The notes under the pieces were generated by a model, which searched no databases, had not been told where the DNA came from, and saw only the letters and a list, made by a program, of their open reading frames with translations. Position numbers and translations under genes: made by a program. A DNA stretch of 64,000 nucleotides from Chrysomallon squamiferum (lineage: Eukaryota > Animalia > Mollusca). The stretch lies in contig CM022665.1 of the NCBI GenBank assembly GCA_012295275.1, positions 14,756,001 through 14,820,000 on the forward strand, written 5' to 3'. Below, in pieces: positions 27,810-41,900 of the stretch; position 1 is the stretch's first letter; each line of letters starts with the position of its first letter.

Positions 27810-28769
27810 CTGTTCTGCTTTATTTATTTTGATTATAAAGCTAGTTCAGTTATATCCTACGATTTTTTTCCCACCTGTTTAAACATGAATGATAAATGAT
27901 TTTTTTTCTTCTTTAAATGTTATTTTTCAAACTGAACACACTTACACAATCACACACATACTCGTACACGCTTTTATATTTTTAAAAAAGCTCTGTCGTT
28001 AAAGGACTGTTTTACATTGTTGCGAACGCCAGACATTGTTAACCTCGACAGCTGTAAATTTGTTAGAATTGACCTATTTGGCCATTAACCAAATTTTAAA
28101 AGGTCAAACGCAATATTTAAAATTAGCATAAATCATGTGGACTATGGCTTAACGAAATTTCATTTTATTTTAAATATGTTTCTTGTGTTTTCGAAATGCA
28201 GCCTGTGATCTTCAAAACATGTAATGCTTTCTTTTCAGACTTTATTCTTTTTTTATATATGTATATATAGATACAAAAAGTCCTTCCAATGATTCTGTTA
28301 CTGATTATGCAGACTGAATGTAGCAAGTGGTTAATAAGATTGTTAAGATTGTTACGATTGTAAACAATTATTACCCAACTGGAACTGAATACGCATGTAC
28401 ACTAACTGAACTTATACAAGAACAATACAATATTCATGACATTTTACTATCATTAGAAAAACGAGAACAAATCTGAATGACTGTTACTGATTCTCTCTTT
28501 CACACATACTCACATACACATGAACATTTCTGTAAAAGAAATATTCATCAATATATGAGTCACATGAACAAGAACATCGTTTTGTTAGACCTATTCAGAC
28601 GTGTATTCTAAATGTATATGTGATTATTTTTCTACCTGTATGATATCTGACAATTAAAAACATAACAACAAAACTTCTAGTAATGCTTATTAGCAAGTAA
28701 ACAGTATATAAATAACACTAACTTTCAAGAATACAGTTTTCCATAAAGACTAACAACTTAAACGTAAAA

Positions 28770-28945
28770 CTATATACCACAGTCATAATTTTGTATATAC
28801 CAAAAGATAATTCCTATGTACAACAGTCATACTTTTTTTTTACATACCACAATCACAATTAGCTATATACCATAATAAAAATTTTCTCTTATGCCTTAAA
28901 GCATAATCATAATTCCCTATGTAAAAACATCATAAATCCCTAATG
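28770..28945. repeat. Degenerate ~22-24-bp minisatellite (tataccacagtcataatt...)
   Basis: About 7 decayed copies. Confidence 0.55.
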
Positions 28946-29436
28946 ATAATTAATAATATACTACAAATACATTTCACAGTATTACATTCTAGTAAATATT
29001 TGATCCTGTTCGCGGACTGCACACGGTTGTTACATAGACAATGCAGCCATAAAGTATTAACATGACATTTGTGCGGATGAGGAAACGATAGCGAGCTACA
29101 GAGCCTGCCAGGCGGAGCGCGCCTGAAAACCGAAATAACCAGTTTGTACTCGTGGTTCTCGCTGAACCTGGAGTAGATTAAAAATCCATAGACATGCAAT
29201 AAAGTATGTCAGTTGCCGAATTACTACTGCATTTATATCACGCCGTTAACTGGTAGTGTTAGAAATGTGATATTAAGTGTACGTGCGTGTGCATATAGTA
29301 TCGTGATTATGTGTATATGTGCCTGCGTGCGCGCGCGCGCGCGTGTGTGTACGTGTGTTTGTGTAAAAGTAGATTATGTTTGTTGGTAGTGTAAATAATG
29401 TGGCACATTTCATTGTGAGTGTGTGTGTATTATATA

Positions 29437-29495
<59 letters not shown>

Positions 29496-29873
29496 GTGTG
29501 TATGTGTATGAAACTACATTTATTTCAAACTGTTAACTCGTGTGCGTGTGTGTGTTACTAAATTATAGCATGTATTTATTGCTAGTGTATTGTGATATTT
29601 AGTACACTTTACATTTATTCTTTGTTATGGATGTATTAAAAACAAAATTATGAACATGGCAACAAATATCTATACGTGTGTATGTATGTGTGTATGTGTG
29701 CGTGTGCTTGCGTACTCAGGTGTATCAGTGCATACGTGTGTGTGTGTAAAATATACAGCAAGATATCAACACATTTTTCAAAATGAAAGAGAGACTTAAT
29801 GGCTTGTAAATTCGAATGTATTTAACAAATAAAATGGAAAAAAATATAGTGCAATATATTAACCATTACGATA

Positions 29874-29876
<3 letters not shown>

Positions 29877-29962
<86 letters not shown>
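29877..29962. repeat. (GA)n microsatellite
   Basis: Direct reading. Confidence 0.97.
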
Positions 29963-29964
<2 letters not shown>

Positions 29965-32959
29965 ATTGTTTATGTATATAGTCTCATTATGTATCAATTT
30001 AAAGCTAATTTAACTGTTAAACAGTGTGTACTTTAGGTTTTTTCGCGATTACTCCACAAAAATCCACAGTGGTCAAAACAAGCGGATTAAAGGCGTCAGC
30101 CGCAGCCACATTTATAACGATATTTTCGAATTAAATAAGGATTATTAACTTGGCATCGTCTTTATCGCATGCTGGGTGTTTTAGTTTGCACTTACGAATT
30201 AAATACCAAGCAAAAAGGTCACAGGCCGGGCAAAGCTAGTATCTTTGCATAATCTATTTAATTAAATGCCATTAATACGTTTGTTTATTTTTAATTAAAT
30301 TCAAAGATTTGAGATATAAAAACGTGGTTGTGCACTAAAATGACATTGTGGATTTAATTAGTTTTATTTTGTGTAACTGTTCGATGTATATTTTTAATTC
30401 ATTTTCGTTCGAGAAATGGAGAATTTATTCATTAATTTTATACCTCTGAGGCAAAATTATACATTTCAGTATTATTTTATAGAAAAAGATACTGTATAAT
30501 AACAAAAAATACGAAACAAACAGAATTAAGGTTTGTTTTAAAAAGTTTACTAAATAAGACTGAAAAGTATCGGTTGTTTTCGTAATAGAGTATATGCAAA
30601 TTTTTAGAAAACATGCAAAAAAGCTTGGAGCTTTATTTTTAGACTTATATGCATTAACTTTTTTTTTTCTTGTTTTCTTTTCTTTCTTTCTTTTTCTTTC
30701 TTTCTTTCTTTTTTGTTTTGTTTTATTTGTTTTTTGTTTGTTGTTGTTTAGCAAATTACTTGTTTACATATATATTGGTTAAAGTAAATCACATAGATTC
30801 TTTAAAAAAAAGAAGAAATAAAAAAAGAATATTAATAATAATAAAAAAATAATTTTTTTTAAAAATGCACACGAAAAGGAAAACAAGTAATAAACTGCTG
30901 CAATAAACAAATAATGCGAAGGCAGAAAAAAAAACTAAAACTAAAAATCTCTGGAACTCAGTGGGATAAACATAGTACACGAATAAATGTTTCTATTCTA
31001 GAATAAGATATACTATACGTTATTCATTCTACTCCGTCAACTGTCGGCCTATTTATTGTGCGCTGAACCCACAAACTTGAAATTGTAGTTTTACGACGCG
31101 TTTAACGACCGAGGACTGTTTTATGTCCCTGCAGTCCTTGGGAATTTAATCGTTATGAGAAATTCAAACACTGCCGCCATATCGAAATACATGCATGCAG
31201 TGGAGGATCGACAGGGGTAAGGGAAAAAGGGGAGTTAAATCCCCCCCCCCCATTTAACCTCACTTCTGGTACGTTTATTTTTCCTTTTGACCCATTTCTA
31301 AAAATAACTTTCGAAAACTAAAACAAAAGCCAATATAATATCACGTTACTGGGAAACAAAATCGACGCGCAACAAATCCTACCTTTCTGTTTCCATTTAA
31401 ATAAATAAATAAATAAAAACTGGAAGAAAGAAAAAGAAAAAATATATCTTTCTTTCTTTCTTCCTTCTTATATTTTTTCCCTTGTTTTCGTTTTACGTTA
31501 AGCTATATTTTACTTGTCTTCTGACACTGACAAACTGTTATCAAAACCAACATTTCGCTGCTATTTGTTACCTAAAGACGCATGCAAGAACAAAGGTCAG
31601 ATAAAAACCAGTCTACTATTAAGATACAGATAACTATCGTTTTACAGTTGAGTAATTTTAAAAATAAAATAAAATAAAAATTAATTAAAGTAGACGATAT
31701 AATAATAATAATAATAATAAATAAATAAATAAATAAATATAAAAAATATTTTAAACTTCCTTTTAAATCGTACAAAATACATAATTAATATCACGTCAGA
31801 ACTAGACCTCTCGGTTAATACTGTACTAAAAACAAAACATATCTGCAGCCTTATGTTGACCTTCGTTCGCGATGGCAATTTGGTGTTCCTATTTTCAACA
31901 TCTGGGTAAAGTATGGAATGGTAGGATCTGGCTTGCATCATAAATACGGGAGTAGCGCCAAACACATGTCAGCAATAGCACACTGCATTCCAACACAAAA
32001 ATATATTGCTTTGCACTGTTTTTATACTGTTGCTCGAGTTTGTGAAAGTGGAACAAACTTTGCACATCTCAACCAAGATTTATTATTATTAATATTATTA
32101 TTATTATTTTCAGTTTGAATGGCAACCTTCTCGATATCGTTAACCCTGTTTTAATATGATACGAAACTCACTTAATCTCAGTCATCATTCACTTTACATT
32201 TTCTCATTAGCGACTGCTATAAACGGACGTATGCAAGAATTAAAATGTTCACGATAACAACACGCAAAGTAAATTCTTGTTAAATTATAATCATCTTTAT
32301 ACTATTTCTTTCCCAGCATCATTCACTGTACTATTACAAAACTATTGTTAATTTTATTGCTGAAGTTAAACTGAGGTAAGAACTGCAATATTTCAAAGGA
32401 CATTAATCATAAGGTTACGTAAAGTTAAAAATGAAATGTTTCCGTCTCCGACATCGCGCCCAAGGCATCCAACACCGAACATGTAAAACTTAGACATCTA
32501 ATAACTTATCTCCAACGTAACTGTCAGATGTTGTTACTTAACCTTATTAATCAGTCAGATGTCATCTTTTAACACAGGAATAATGAAAAATAAAATATAT
32601 GTACTTATCATTAATTATTAGACTTGTTTTTTTTTTTTTTTTTTTTCTTTTTCTTTTTTGTAGATTTTATTTGACGTTTGTTAAATTCAGTTTGACGTTG
32701 TCACAAACGAAAACTGTCCACGTAATATATGTATATATGTGGGACCAGCGTTTATTTTTCTTCATAATATCAAACTCAAATGCATTGTGTATGTTATCAT
32801 TTTCTCAAATTTTAGATTAGACCCTGTACACACAGACACAATGTTCAAATATCTAAAACTACTGTAACACAAAAAACAAAGCATATATTCATTTCATGTT
32901 TCATTCATTTCAAAAGTATGTACACATTTTGTTGTCAGTTCATGCCATTCATTTTTTCT

Positions 32960-32994
<35 letters not shown>

Positions 32995-34139
32995 CACTTT
33001 TGAAACAACATTTAGCACCAGGTTCACATGAAGACAATACAGATTAAAAAAAAAAAAAAAAAAAAAAAATATACAGCTGAAATGTATTTTATCTTTGGTT
33101 TCAAGAAAGAATTTGGACAAGAATCCAGGATAATGATCTATACAGTTAAAACACAGATATTTCTCAGTATGAGAAATATTTGTTTACTATATTTATTTAC
33201 TTGCTCATTTATACATTTTTCACTGATTTTGAAAAAGAATTTAATAATGAGTTAGATTTGTCATTTATTTTGTATGTAAGTGAAATGTAATATGTTATAC
33301 CTTTGTTTACATATTTATACATTTAATTACCGCTTTGAAAAATGAACAACGAAGAACTAGTTCATATTTATGAATTATCAACTTCTACCAGTCACGTTTG
33401 TTTACTTACATTTTCTATTATCATAAGTGGATATTTGTTATAATAAATGGCTATTTATCGCAATCGAATATTCATTACTGTATTATTTATTACTATTTTT
33501 TTTTTTTTTTAAATTATTGATATTTTTGTTTATTTATATTTGTTTAAATATTAAACGATCAAAAAATGATTTGAGAACAATATTTTAATAAACAATATAT
33601 TGATATAATTTATCAAGTGGGGGCATTCGGTGGATATTTCATAATGAAATCCCGGATCTACCATAAAATGTACGTTTTGCAAAGTAGATTTCAACTTTTT
33701 ACATTTAGAAGTGCCATAAATCTTATGCTGAAGGACTAGTACTACAAATAATGAATGTAATAATAACTTGGTTTACCTGATGCTTATCAGTATAAATACT
33801 ACTTTCTATAACACGCAATATCATAAAACGTATATTGGAGCAAAAGAGTTCAAATGACGGGATTGAGATATATACTTTATATCCTTTTTCTTTTTCTTTT
33901 TGGTGTGTTTCAGTTACCAGTTATATATATATATATATACTTTCACAGACTGAATTAGTATCGTTATTACTTATATATCGTAAAGAATATAAGCTGAAAA
34001 AAAGGAAAGCAAAACAGTATTTTGTAAAAGAATGAAATTGCGATTTAATTTTTTTTTTAAATAAATAAAATAAAATAATAAATATTTTTTAAATGCTCTG
34101 CTGTAAAAATAATATAAAAATTAATAATAATAAAAAAAA

Positions 34140-34178
<39 letters not shown>

Positions 34179-36218
34179 CTCCTAAAGGTTATATTCCACT
34201 TGCATAACGTTATACCTGTAAATAAATTTTAACGTGGGAGAATTGTTAAAGCACGCCTTACGTGAACATTAATGCCAGCCTAGATATTTCAGCTCAAGAT
34301 GGTCCAAATGTGGTATATTTTGGGAAACAGTGATTGTTAAATAAAGATTTAACTGAATTTCTGGAACAATTTTATCTTACAAAAATAAAAAATAAAAACG
34401 GTTCAAATATTCTTGAAAAGGATTTGTCAGAAATTATCAGATTACAAAACAAAAATTTTTCAAAAAAATGCTGAACGTGTTTTATTTTTAGTCTGAACCC
34501 CTACTATTCTAAGATTAAAAAATATATATAATAATAATAAAAAAAAAAAAAATAACAAAATAAAATAAATAAATAAATAAAATAAGGCTTTTGTTTCACA
34601 TTGAATTTACAAATGTACCTGCTTTTAAAAACAATATTATAAGTTGACCTATAGTTTAATATATTTTCGAAAGCGGCCTTGGCAAATATTACGGTGAAAG
34701 ACAATTTACACAGAAGAATTATAATCAGAAAAATGAAAGAGAAGTTGTTAGGACTTCCGATATTTTCACAAGACGGCTGATTATCGCTGAGGGTTATCGG
34801 GTTTGCATTTTATTGGTGTCGCGACTGAACCTTTCTAACGGGACTTCAGGTCAATTCGGTTCAATTTATTGAACAAAAATATCGACAAAGAGGAGCATTA
34901 CAAAAGCGTACGTACTGTATGTGATACGGAATGCCTAAACAAGGGTTAATATGTATATATGCTCCCGATATAAGCTTTGGCTTTTTGTCCTTTATAATAT
35001 AACAGTCAAAAAAAAAAAAAAAAAAAAAAAAAAGACTTTTGTCAGTGTTAAAGATTATGGTGGTTAACATTGTAGGATAAATACACTAGCATACATCGGG
35101 AATAAAACTTATACTAATTGATATTTTTTCTTCAACCAAAAAAAAAAGAAGAAAAAACTCCCCAGTATAAATGTAGATAGTTATTGACAAATCTGTTAAA
35201 AACCTTGTTAACAATAGGGAAAGAACAAAAATTTAAATTATGTATTTGTAATTTTTATTCTAAATCCGTATATCAGTAAGAATTTTAATACTTCTCTTAA
35301 GAATCTTTAGTTTTAAAATAAGTATACTGTTTTTAATTTTTAAAGCCCCCAAACTGCAAGGTTCTGAATACGCTGTTAATTATTATACAATGTAACTACA
35401 TTGTTATTTATTAATTTTATTTTTATTTTTATTTTTTAAAGTAATATTTTATAATATTATTTTAAGCCGTTGACTGCAGTTCCGCTATCTAAAACTCACT
35501 TTACACAAAAGAGTGAGTGAAAAAGAAGTATTTTAGCTAGGGACACCTGAATATTGACAAAAGATTTGAAGGATTTCCAATGTTTGCAAGTGGAATACAT
35601 CCCTAAGAGGTGAACAACACAAAACAGCTTTAACAAAGCATTTAACAACAAATATTCTTTACAAGATCAAAGCTTAATACCCAAAAAGCATTATTCAGCG
35701 AAGAACTGGCTCCTCACCTGTCATTCAAGCATATTTGTCATGTCCTGAGGAAAGAACATAAATATATCTTTTTGTTTTACCCGTATATGTCTATCTTTCC
35801 TGTGCAGTCTTTAACTTTGGTCCAGTTTTTGGCTCGTTTTTTTATTTTTTTTATTTTTTTTGTTTACGGTTTTGTTGTGACTTGTTGTTTCTGATGCAAA
35901 AACAAACTTATATAAACAGTAATAGTTCGACAACAGCAAACACACGAATGACTGTACACAAGAATAAGAAACAGTTGTGGGACTTTTGAACAACGACTTG
36001 GGACAACTGATAGACTCGGGTCAGTTAAACAAGTAAATCGTTGTTCCGTTTCACCCCAGTAACTCGAAACCCTAATCAGGGTTGATTTTTTGTTCTTTTG
36101 TTCCCCTACAGTCTTTTAATATACATCTCGTTGTTTCTTGAAGGTAATCCAAAAAGATAAAAACCAAACAGAAAAAAAAAAGAAGAGAAAAAAATCAATT
36201 TAAAAATATAGATATATA

Positions 36219-36221
36219 TAA

Positions 36222-36264
<43 letters not shown>

Positions 36265-36268
36265 AATA

Positions 36269-36361
<93 letters not shown>

Positions 36362-36367
36362 AATAAA
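36219..36367. repeat. (AAAT)n-(AAT)n-(AAAT)n compound microsatellite, probably within the Fzd4 3' UTR
   Basis: Direct reading; UTR placement is inferred. Confidence 0.9.
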
Positions 36368-36800
36368 GAAAATCTTCAATTTTAGAAGAAAAAAACCCCC
36401 AGTAAATAAACAAGAAAACAGAATGTCATACAGCTGATGTATACATTTCTCATGTTGTCAGATTCACATAAAACGTGATTACTAAAAATCATCTAAATGA
36501 CCGACCATCTGCAAAAAAAGCAGGAACTTATGACAAAGAGAAACAGCAAGAACACTTCTGTTTTCCTTTTTTTTTATCACAAAAACTTTGGTGGTTGTAA
36601 TGTCTAGCTTCGGGGAATTATCCAGTCAGTAAAAAAAAAAAAAAAAAAAATGCCAGTTAAAAACAACAACGATGTTTCCAGTTATTTTGAATACTGACCA
36701 GTTCTGAATATGCCAAACGTTGCCCTTTAAAACCGTTTTACGACTGTCACTGAGATTGACAGCACACACGTCTTCTAATCCATTAAAATATCATCTCGAC

Positions 36801-38528
36801 TCAGACGACCGTTTCTGTGTCAGATTTGCTCATTGTTCGTTTGGATTTTTCCATCCGTATTGTCCTGTTTGGTTTGAGGGGAATCTGGTGGTAATGGTGA
36901 ACGGGCACAGCCACGTGTTCCCAGTTTTTCCTGTCCTTCCTACGTGAACACATCTTAGAGAAAAAGTTCCTCCACGAATTGACTGTCTTTGCTGACCACA
37001 TCCACATGCCACTGGTGATACCTACCACCAGAGACATGAACAGTTTCAACATAAACACTTCGATGTTGGGATAGTTTTTGCTATTTGCGGCGTACCACGA
37101 AGTCCTGTTGGTATACTCATACAACAAGCAACCAATTACACAGGTAGCTGGAACCGTGTAGAGAACAGAAAATATTCCTATTCTGACCATGAGGACTTCC
37201 AGCTTGTCAGTCTTTACCCCGTCACCCCTCACCCTTTTTCTGATTCGGAAAAGTGCCACAAATCCCGCGATGAGAAAAGACCCTCCTGCTAATAGGTACA
37301 CAACTTGTGGGGCTATGGCAAATCCCATAAGAGTCTGTGTATTTTGATTACCTACATAACAGATTCCTGTGATCTCGTCGGCATCGACGTCTCTCATAAC
37401 TAGAATTACAATAGTCTTGATGGCGGGGATTGCCCATGCAGCCAGATGGAAATAACTGCTGTGGAGCTGAATAGCTTCGTGTCCCCATTTGAGACCGGCG
37501 GATAGAAACCAGGTGAAAGTCAGAACGACCCACCAAAGGGAACTGGCCGTCCCAAAGAAATACAAAAGCAAGAACACAATAGCACAATCTGTGTTTTCCA
37601 ATCCTTCCTGAATCAGAATTTGTTTTCCACTCTGGCTGTCGGTATCACATGCTATTGACTGACGGCCTGCTATAAGCCGGACAATGTATGCAATGCTGTA
37701 AATGTTGTAACACATGGACAGGAATATGATGGGTCGTTCGGGGTAGCGGAAACGTTGAGAGTCGATGAGAAATGTCAGTATCGTGAACAGGGTGGCAATA
37801 AAACACAGCCCTGCCCAGATAGCCATCCATACGTCTGCAAAGAATTTATCCTCGGTTGTGAAAGCATCATTTTCTTCACATTTCAAAGCACATCTCTCAG
37901 TTCTGTTTATATAGGTGTATTTTGAGGGATGGCGATAATGCTCGCATGTAGCTCCAGAATGACGGAACATACCGCGTTCTCGTGTCAGACGGGTACTCGT
38001 GTCTAGGTTCGGAATGCGGTGGCGGTTACCGTACTTCCCTGCAGGGTCCGGCTCGGGCTCGTCCTGCTCCCCTGGGCCGTCCATGCACATGTGGTTGTGG
38101 TCGTTTTTTGGTGGAAACTTCGAACAGTTCAATGCCGTTGGCCATGGGTATCCAAATTCGTTGAGAACGGGCTGACACTTTCGACGTACACTTTCACAAA
38201 TAGGTCTACACGGTCCTATCGGAGTGATGACTTTCTCTGTACACATTGGAACATACACGGAACAAAGAAAGAATTTCAACTGCGACGAACAGCCGTACTG
38301 AATGAGTGGAGTGAAAGTCTGTAGCTGCAGGCCGGCGTCTTGTTGAACTTGGTGATTTACCAGATTCGGCATTCCTGTCACATTATAGCCCAGGCCGCGG
38401 CACATTTCGAAACGAATGGGTTCGCAAGTCCTCACCGCTTCTGACGTCGTGGCCCCCGGCACTTTGGTCAGCAGAACCGAACCTAGGAGGCTAACCAAAA
38501 AGGTGTAAACAGCAGAATGATAGCCCAT
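36801..38528 (-). CDS. FZD4: Frizzled-4 (Wnt receptor, class F 7TM), single coding exon, 575 aa
   Basis: ATG at 38528 in strong context (aaaATGg); the track's 38558 start is a TTG. Signal-peptide-like N-terminus; 10-Cys CRD (CEPIRFEMC...[29 protein letters not shown]...[20 protein letters not shown]) closely matching vertebrate FZD4; [13 protein letters not shown]; 7 hydrophobic segments; KTVNSW (KTxxxW Dishevelled motif); C-terminal PDZ ligand ETVV as in FZD4. Confidence 0.97.
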   Translation of the reverse strand: MGYHSAVYTFLVSLLGSVLLTKVPGATTSEAVRTCEPIRFEMCRGLGYNVTGMPNLVNHQVQQDAGLQLQTFTPLIQYGCSSQLKFFLCSVYVPMCTEKVITPIGPCRPICESVRRKCQPVLNEFGYPWPTALNCSKFPPKNDHNHMCMDGPGEQDEPEPDPAGKYGNRHRIPNLDTSTRLTRERGMFRHSGATCEHYRHPSKYTYINRTERCALKCEENDAFTTEDKFFADVWMAIWAGLCFIATLFTILTFLIDSQRFRYPERPIIFLSMCYNIYSIAYIVRLIAGRQSIACDTDSQSGKQILIQEGLENTDCAIVFLLLYFFGTASSLWWVVLTFTWFLSAGLKWGHEAIQLHSSYFHLAAWAIPAIKTIVILVMRDVDADEITGICYVGNQNTQTLMGFAIAPQVVYLLAGGSFLIAGFVALFRIRKRVRGDGVKTDKLEVLMVRIGIFSVLYTVPATCVIGCLLYEYTNRTSWYAANSKNYPNIEVFMLKLFMSLVVGITSGMWMWSAKTVNSWRNFFSKMCSRRKDRKNWEHVAVPVHHYHQIPLKPNRTIRMEKSKRTMSKSDTETVV

Positions 38529-38559
38529 TTTAGCTGTTCGTGAACACTGTAAAACCAAA

Positions 38560-38990
38560 TAAAAAGCTCTTCACTGGCAATAGTAAACAGACAAGTCCCG
38601 AGGCACGTTCTTTCTCAGCCCGCGACCTCCTCGCTTCGTTGTGACATTGTTTGGGCTGCTAGCTCTAGTGAGCTAACGTCCGTTCTTTCGGGTATTACAT
38701 TAGTCCCGACAGAAGAGATCTTCTCTTCACTGACCGCGGTCGAGAAATGCACTTCCTATCTAACGTACTCTCCTAAAATCTTTGACAAAGTCATTCGGGC
38801 TTCAATTGAAAACAAGGCAGCCCTCGGCGAATTAGCCAGTGCTTCGTTTCACAGGCCGCATGGCCAATCAGAAGCGCTGTTATTCTGGACAGGCCCGCCT
38901 CTTTCACGCTCTGCGTGCACCTCCTTCTGACATCAATCAGCCTCGTTACCTGTCAATCATGGTTTGTAGACACTTATCAATGCAATCTCT
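38560..38990 (-). promoter_or_regulatory. Fzd4 5' UTR / proximal promoter, CpG-rich
   Basis: CpG-rich block directly upstream of the ATG; CCAAT box GGCCAATCAG 38862-38871; GC-box-like AGGCCCGCCT 38891-38900; ATCAATCA 38932-38939; CTGTCAATCA 38950-38959. TSS not determinable. Confidence 0.7.
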
Positions 38991-41900
38991 TTCAGTAACT
39001 GATCAGATTCCAAAGCTTTGCTTTTCAGCAATAATACCCTTATTCATTCTGCTTGTTTGGCGTTTTAGGCAGCACATTCGGTAGCTTTATTTTCGTTTCT
39101 ATTTTCCTATGGCCTCGGGTGATTGATATAATTATGAGAACAACAGTTAAAATTGCCGTACACGAATGTCCTTAGTGGTATTTATTTTTTTGTGTAATGC
39201 CAGGCGCCAAGAAATGAGACGGCAAATTCGAAGGCATCACCAAAACGAAGGTAGTTTCCTTTCAGCAGGAAATTACAAAAGAGCACATTTGTGGTTCGAA
39301 TCACAGAGGACGTGTCAGCGAAATATTACAAAATGACATACAAAAGCCTACACGGCCTCAGATTGATATTTTCGCGGCAGATTGTTGGTTATGGGACATT
39401 AATAGAATATAACGTGGTTTGCCTTTTTACTATCCTGTATATCCCAAGAGTAACTTAAGTAACATTATTAATATTGAGATAAACAGTGTTTATCTTGGTT
39501 TAGTCAGTGTTACTAATAAAATATAATTTGCAAACTACTTGAACAGCGTATTTTCGCAGCATGAATCGGTTTAATGATCGAGGATAATAAGCGGTGAGAA
39601 CGCGCGAGAAAATAGGGGAGGGTGGGTAAAAAAAAGCAGACGATACAAGTTGCGCGTGTATTTAGTGGTTTACAGTGAAAAATGTATGCTGACACTGGAA
39701 GAACTTGAACTTCTATCAGAAAAAAAAAAAAAAAAAAAAAATGTACAAAACTTCCCGAATGGAGGAAAATCTAAATCTGTATGCATGGGTGAGTCTTTTA
39801 AATAAAACGTAGTATTACTGCGGCTGTTTCACACAGTGTAGTGACCCCAATGTTCGGCGTCTTTACGCCAAGTCTAACTCGCACAACAGACAAAATGATC
39901 TACGGCCATTTGAAAATAGTTTCCTTCACACATAAAACCAGTCGGTTCGAGAAAGCCTATTGTCACCTGTTAAACAGATTATCATTTTCGCACGCGTGTC
40001 ATTTTAAAAAACTTTTTGTTAAAAAATCTATTCCCTTTTCATTCACTTTATAACAGTTTATCTAAAGTTTTCCCTCAAATCTGCTTTCTGTCCGTTTTGC
40101 TACTTTTCTGCTTAAGGAAATTTTTGTACCCAAGACTGCATATATTATGGCGAATATTAAACAGTCGTAAAATGTCGTTCATTATCGTTTTACGACGTTG
40201 GAAGTGTTAATGCGTATCTAACATTAAAACATGTACTTTGTAATCGACCATAAGATGAATTTGATTAACATGCGTGCCAGTAATCTAGTCGGACACTAAA
40301 TGGAGCAATAAAAATAGTCAACGCCATTGTCAGTTTAAATAAACAAGGTGTTTAGCAATTGTTCGGATAAAACACATCGGAAGGTTTAGTATCTTTTTTT
40401 ACAACATAAATCTAAATATGAATTGAACAAACAGACAATAAATTCCTCGAAGAGAACAACACAGTAATAGGTGAAATAAAAACTGATGTTGGTGCTTATT
40501 TCAAGCAGATGTTTAACATTGTCGTAGATATATGCACATATACGTATATGCAAACTTTGTTTTAAACTAATATTTTAAGAAAAATTATTATAATATTTTT
40601 CTAGTTTTTCATATATTTTGTTGTTGTTGCTGTTATTTTTATTATTATTTCCTAAAAATGTAAACAAATTTTTACAGTGTTAATATACATTTGGACTAGT
40701 AAGCATTATTCAGAACTTTTCTTTATTCTTTTAAAAATATTTTATTAGTAATAATAATTTTATATGATTTAGATTAAAGTTTGCAGTAGCATAAATTTAA
40801 TAACGTTTATGAATTATAAATATTTCTTGGTAAATAAATATATAAAAGATACATCTACATATAAACAAACTAGCACATCTAAATTTTTTGTTTATTAATG
40901 GTCTGATTATTTATTTGCGACAGTGCTGAACATTGAGGACGACGGAATTATCTCCCTTTAAGAAGGAACACCTCGACAAATCAGTTGCACAGACAATAGT
41001 GAATTATGAATATTATTTATTATTACTTATTTACATATTATTATTATTATTATTATTATTATTGTCTGTTATGAAAACAATAAAGCAAAAGGAAAGAGAA
41101 TTTATATCATTAATGCTTCTACTACTACTGCTGCTACTACTATTACTACTACTGCTGTAACAGCAACACAACAACTATTGCTACTACTACCACCTCTACT
41201 ACTACTAATAATAATAATACCATTTCCAAAGAAAGCTGTCTTGTATTATATAACCGATTTTGCATTTTAAATAATATCTTTAAAATTATTTTTTAATTGA
41301 TATTTTACTATATCGCCATCAAATAAGTGCAATATTCATTAATATGAAGACTTTTCTATTTGTTCTATATCCTAAATTAACATCTCGCGGACTGGTTTAG
41401 TACTATCCGTTACAGCGTTGTCGCCTGCAGGTGGTGTACGTAACGTTACTAATCTAAACATGATAAAAATAATATAATTGGTCAATTAAAATGTTTTTTT
41501 TTTTTTTCTATTTTTTTTTTCTATTATAATAAAGTTCATTTGCCAATACGAAAGAAAATTTGTTCATTGAACGTGAATTTAAAAAATCAGGAATAGACAT
41601 TAAACTATCGATAATGACGCGATAGTTGATTTTCATTTATCAATAATATACTATTGACTGCGATCCCTAACTGTTAGAAAAAGGTAGAATTGTTATACTT
41701 TCTTTTTTCTCTGGCATGTCCTGTATTATCGTTGTTGTTGTTAATTAAAAAAAAAAAAAGCTAAACCCCACCCCCAAAACGCTAGTTTTTGACATCGACG
41801 TTATTGTCTCCCTTTTAAATAGCAGTGAGGAAACAAGTTGCGTTAGAGATACAATTAATTTGAAAACTTATTATTAGCCTTATACATTTTCCATATTCAC

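Noticed and set aside
36720-38324. Antisense and alternate-frame ORFs over Fzd4
   Set aside because: Shadow ORFs of a GC-richer coding sequence.
38529-38558. N-terminal extension [10 protein letters not shown] of Fzd4
   Set aside because: Starts at TTG; the ATG at 38528 has strong context and directly precedes the signal peptide.
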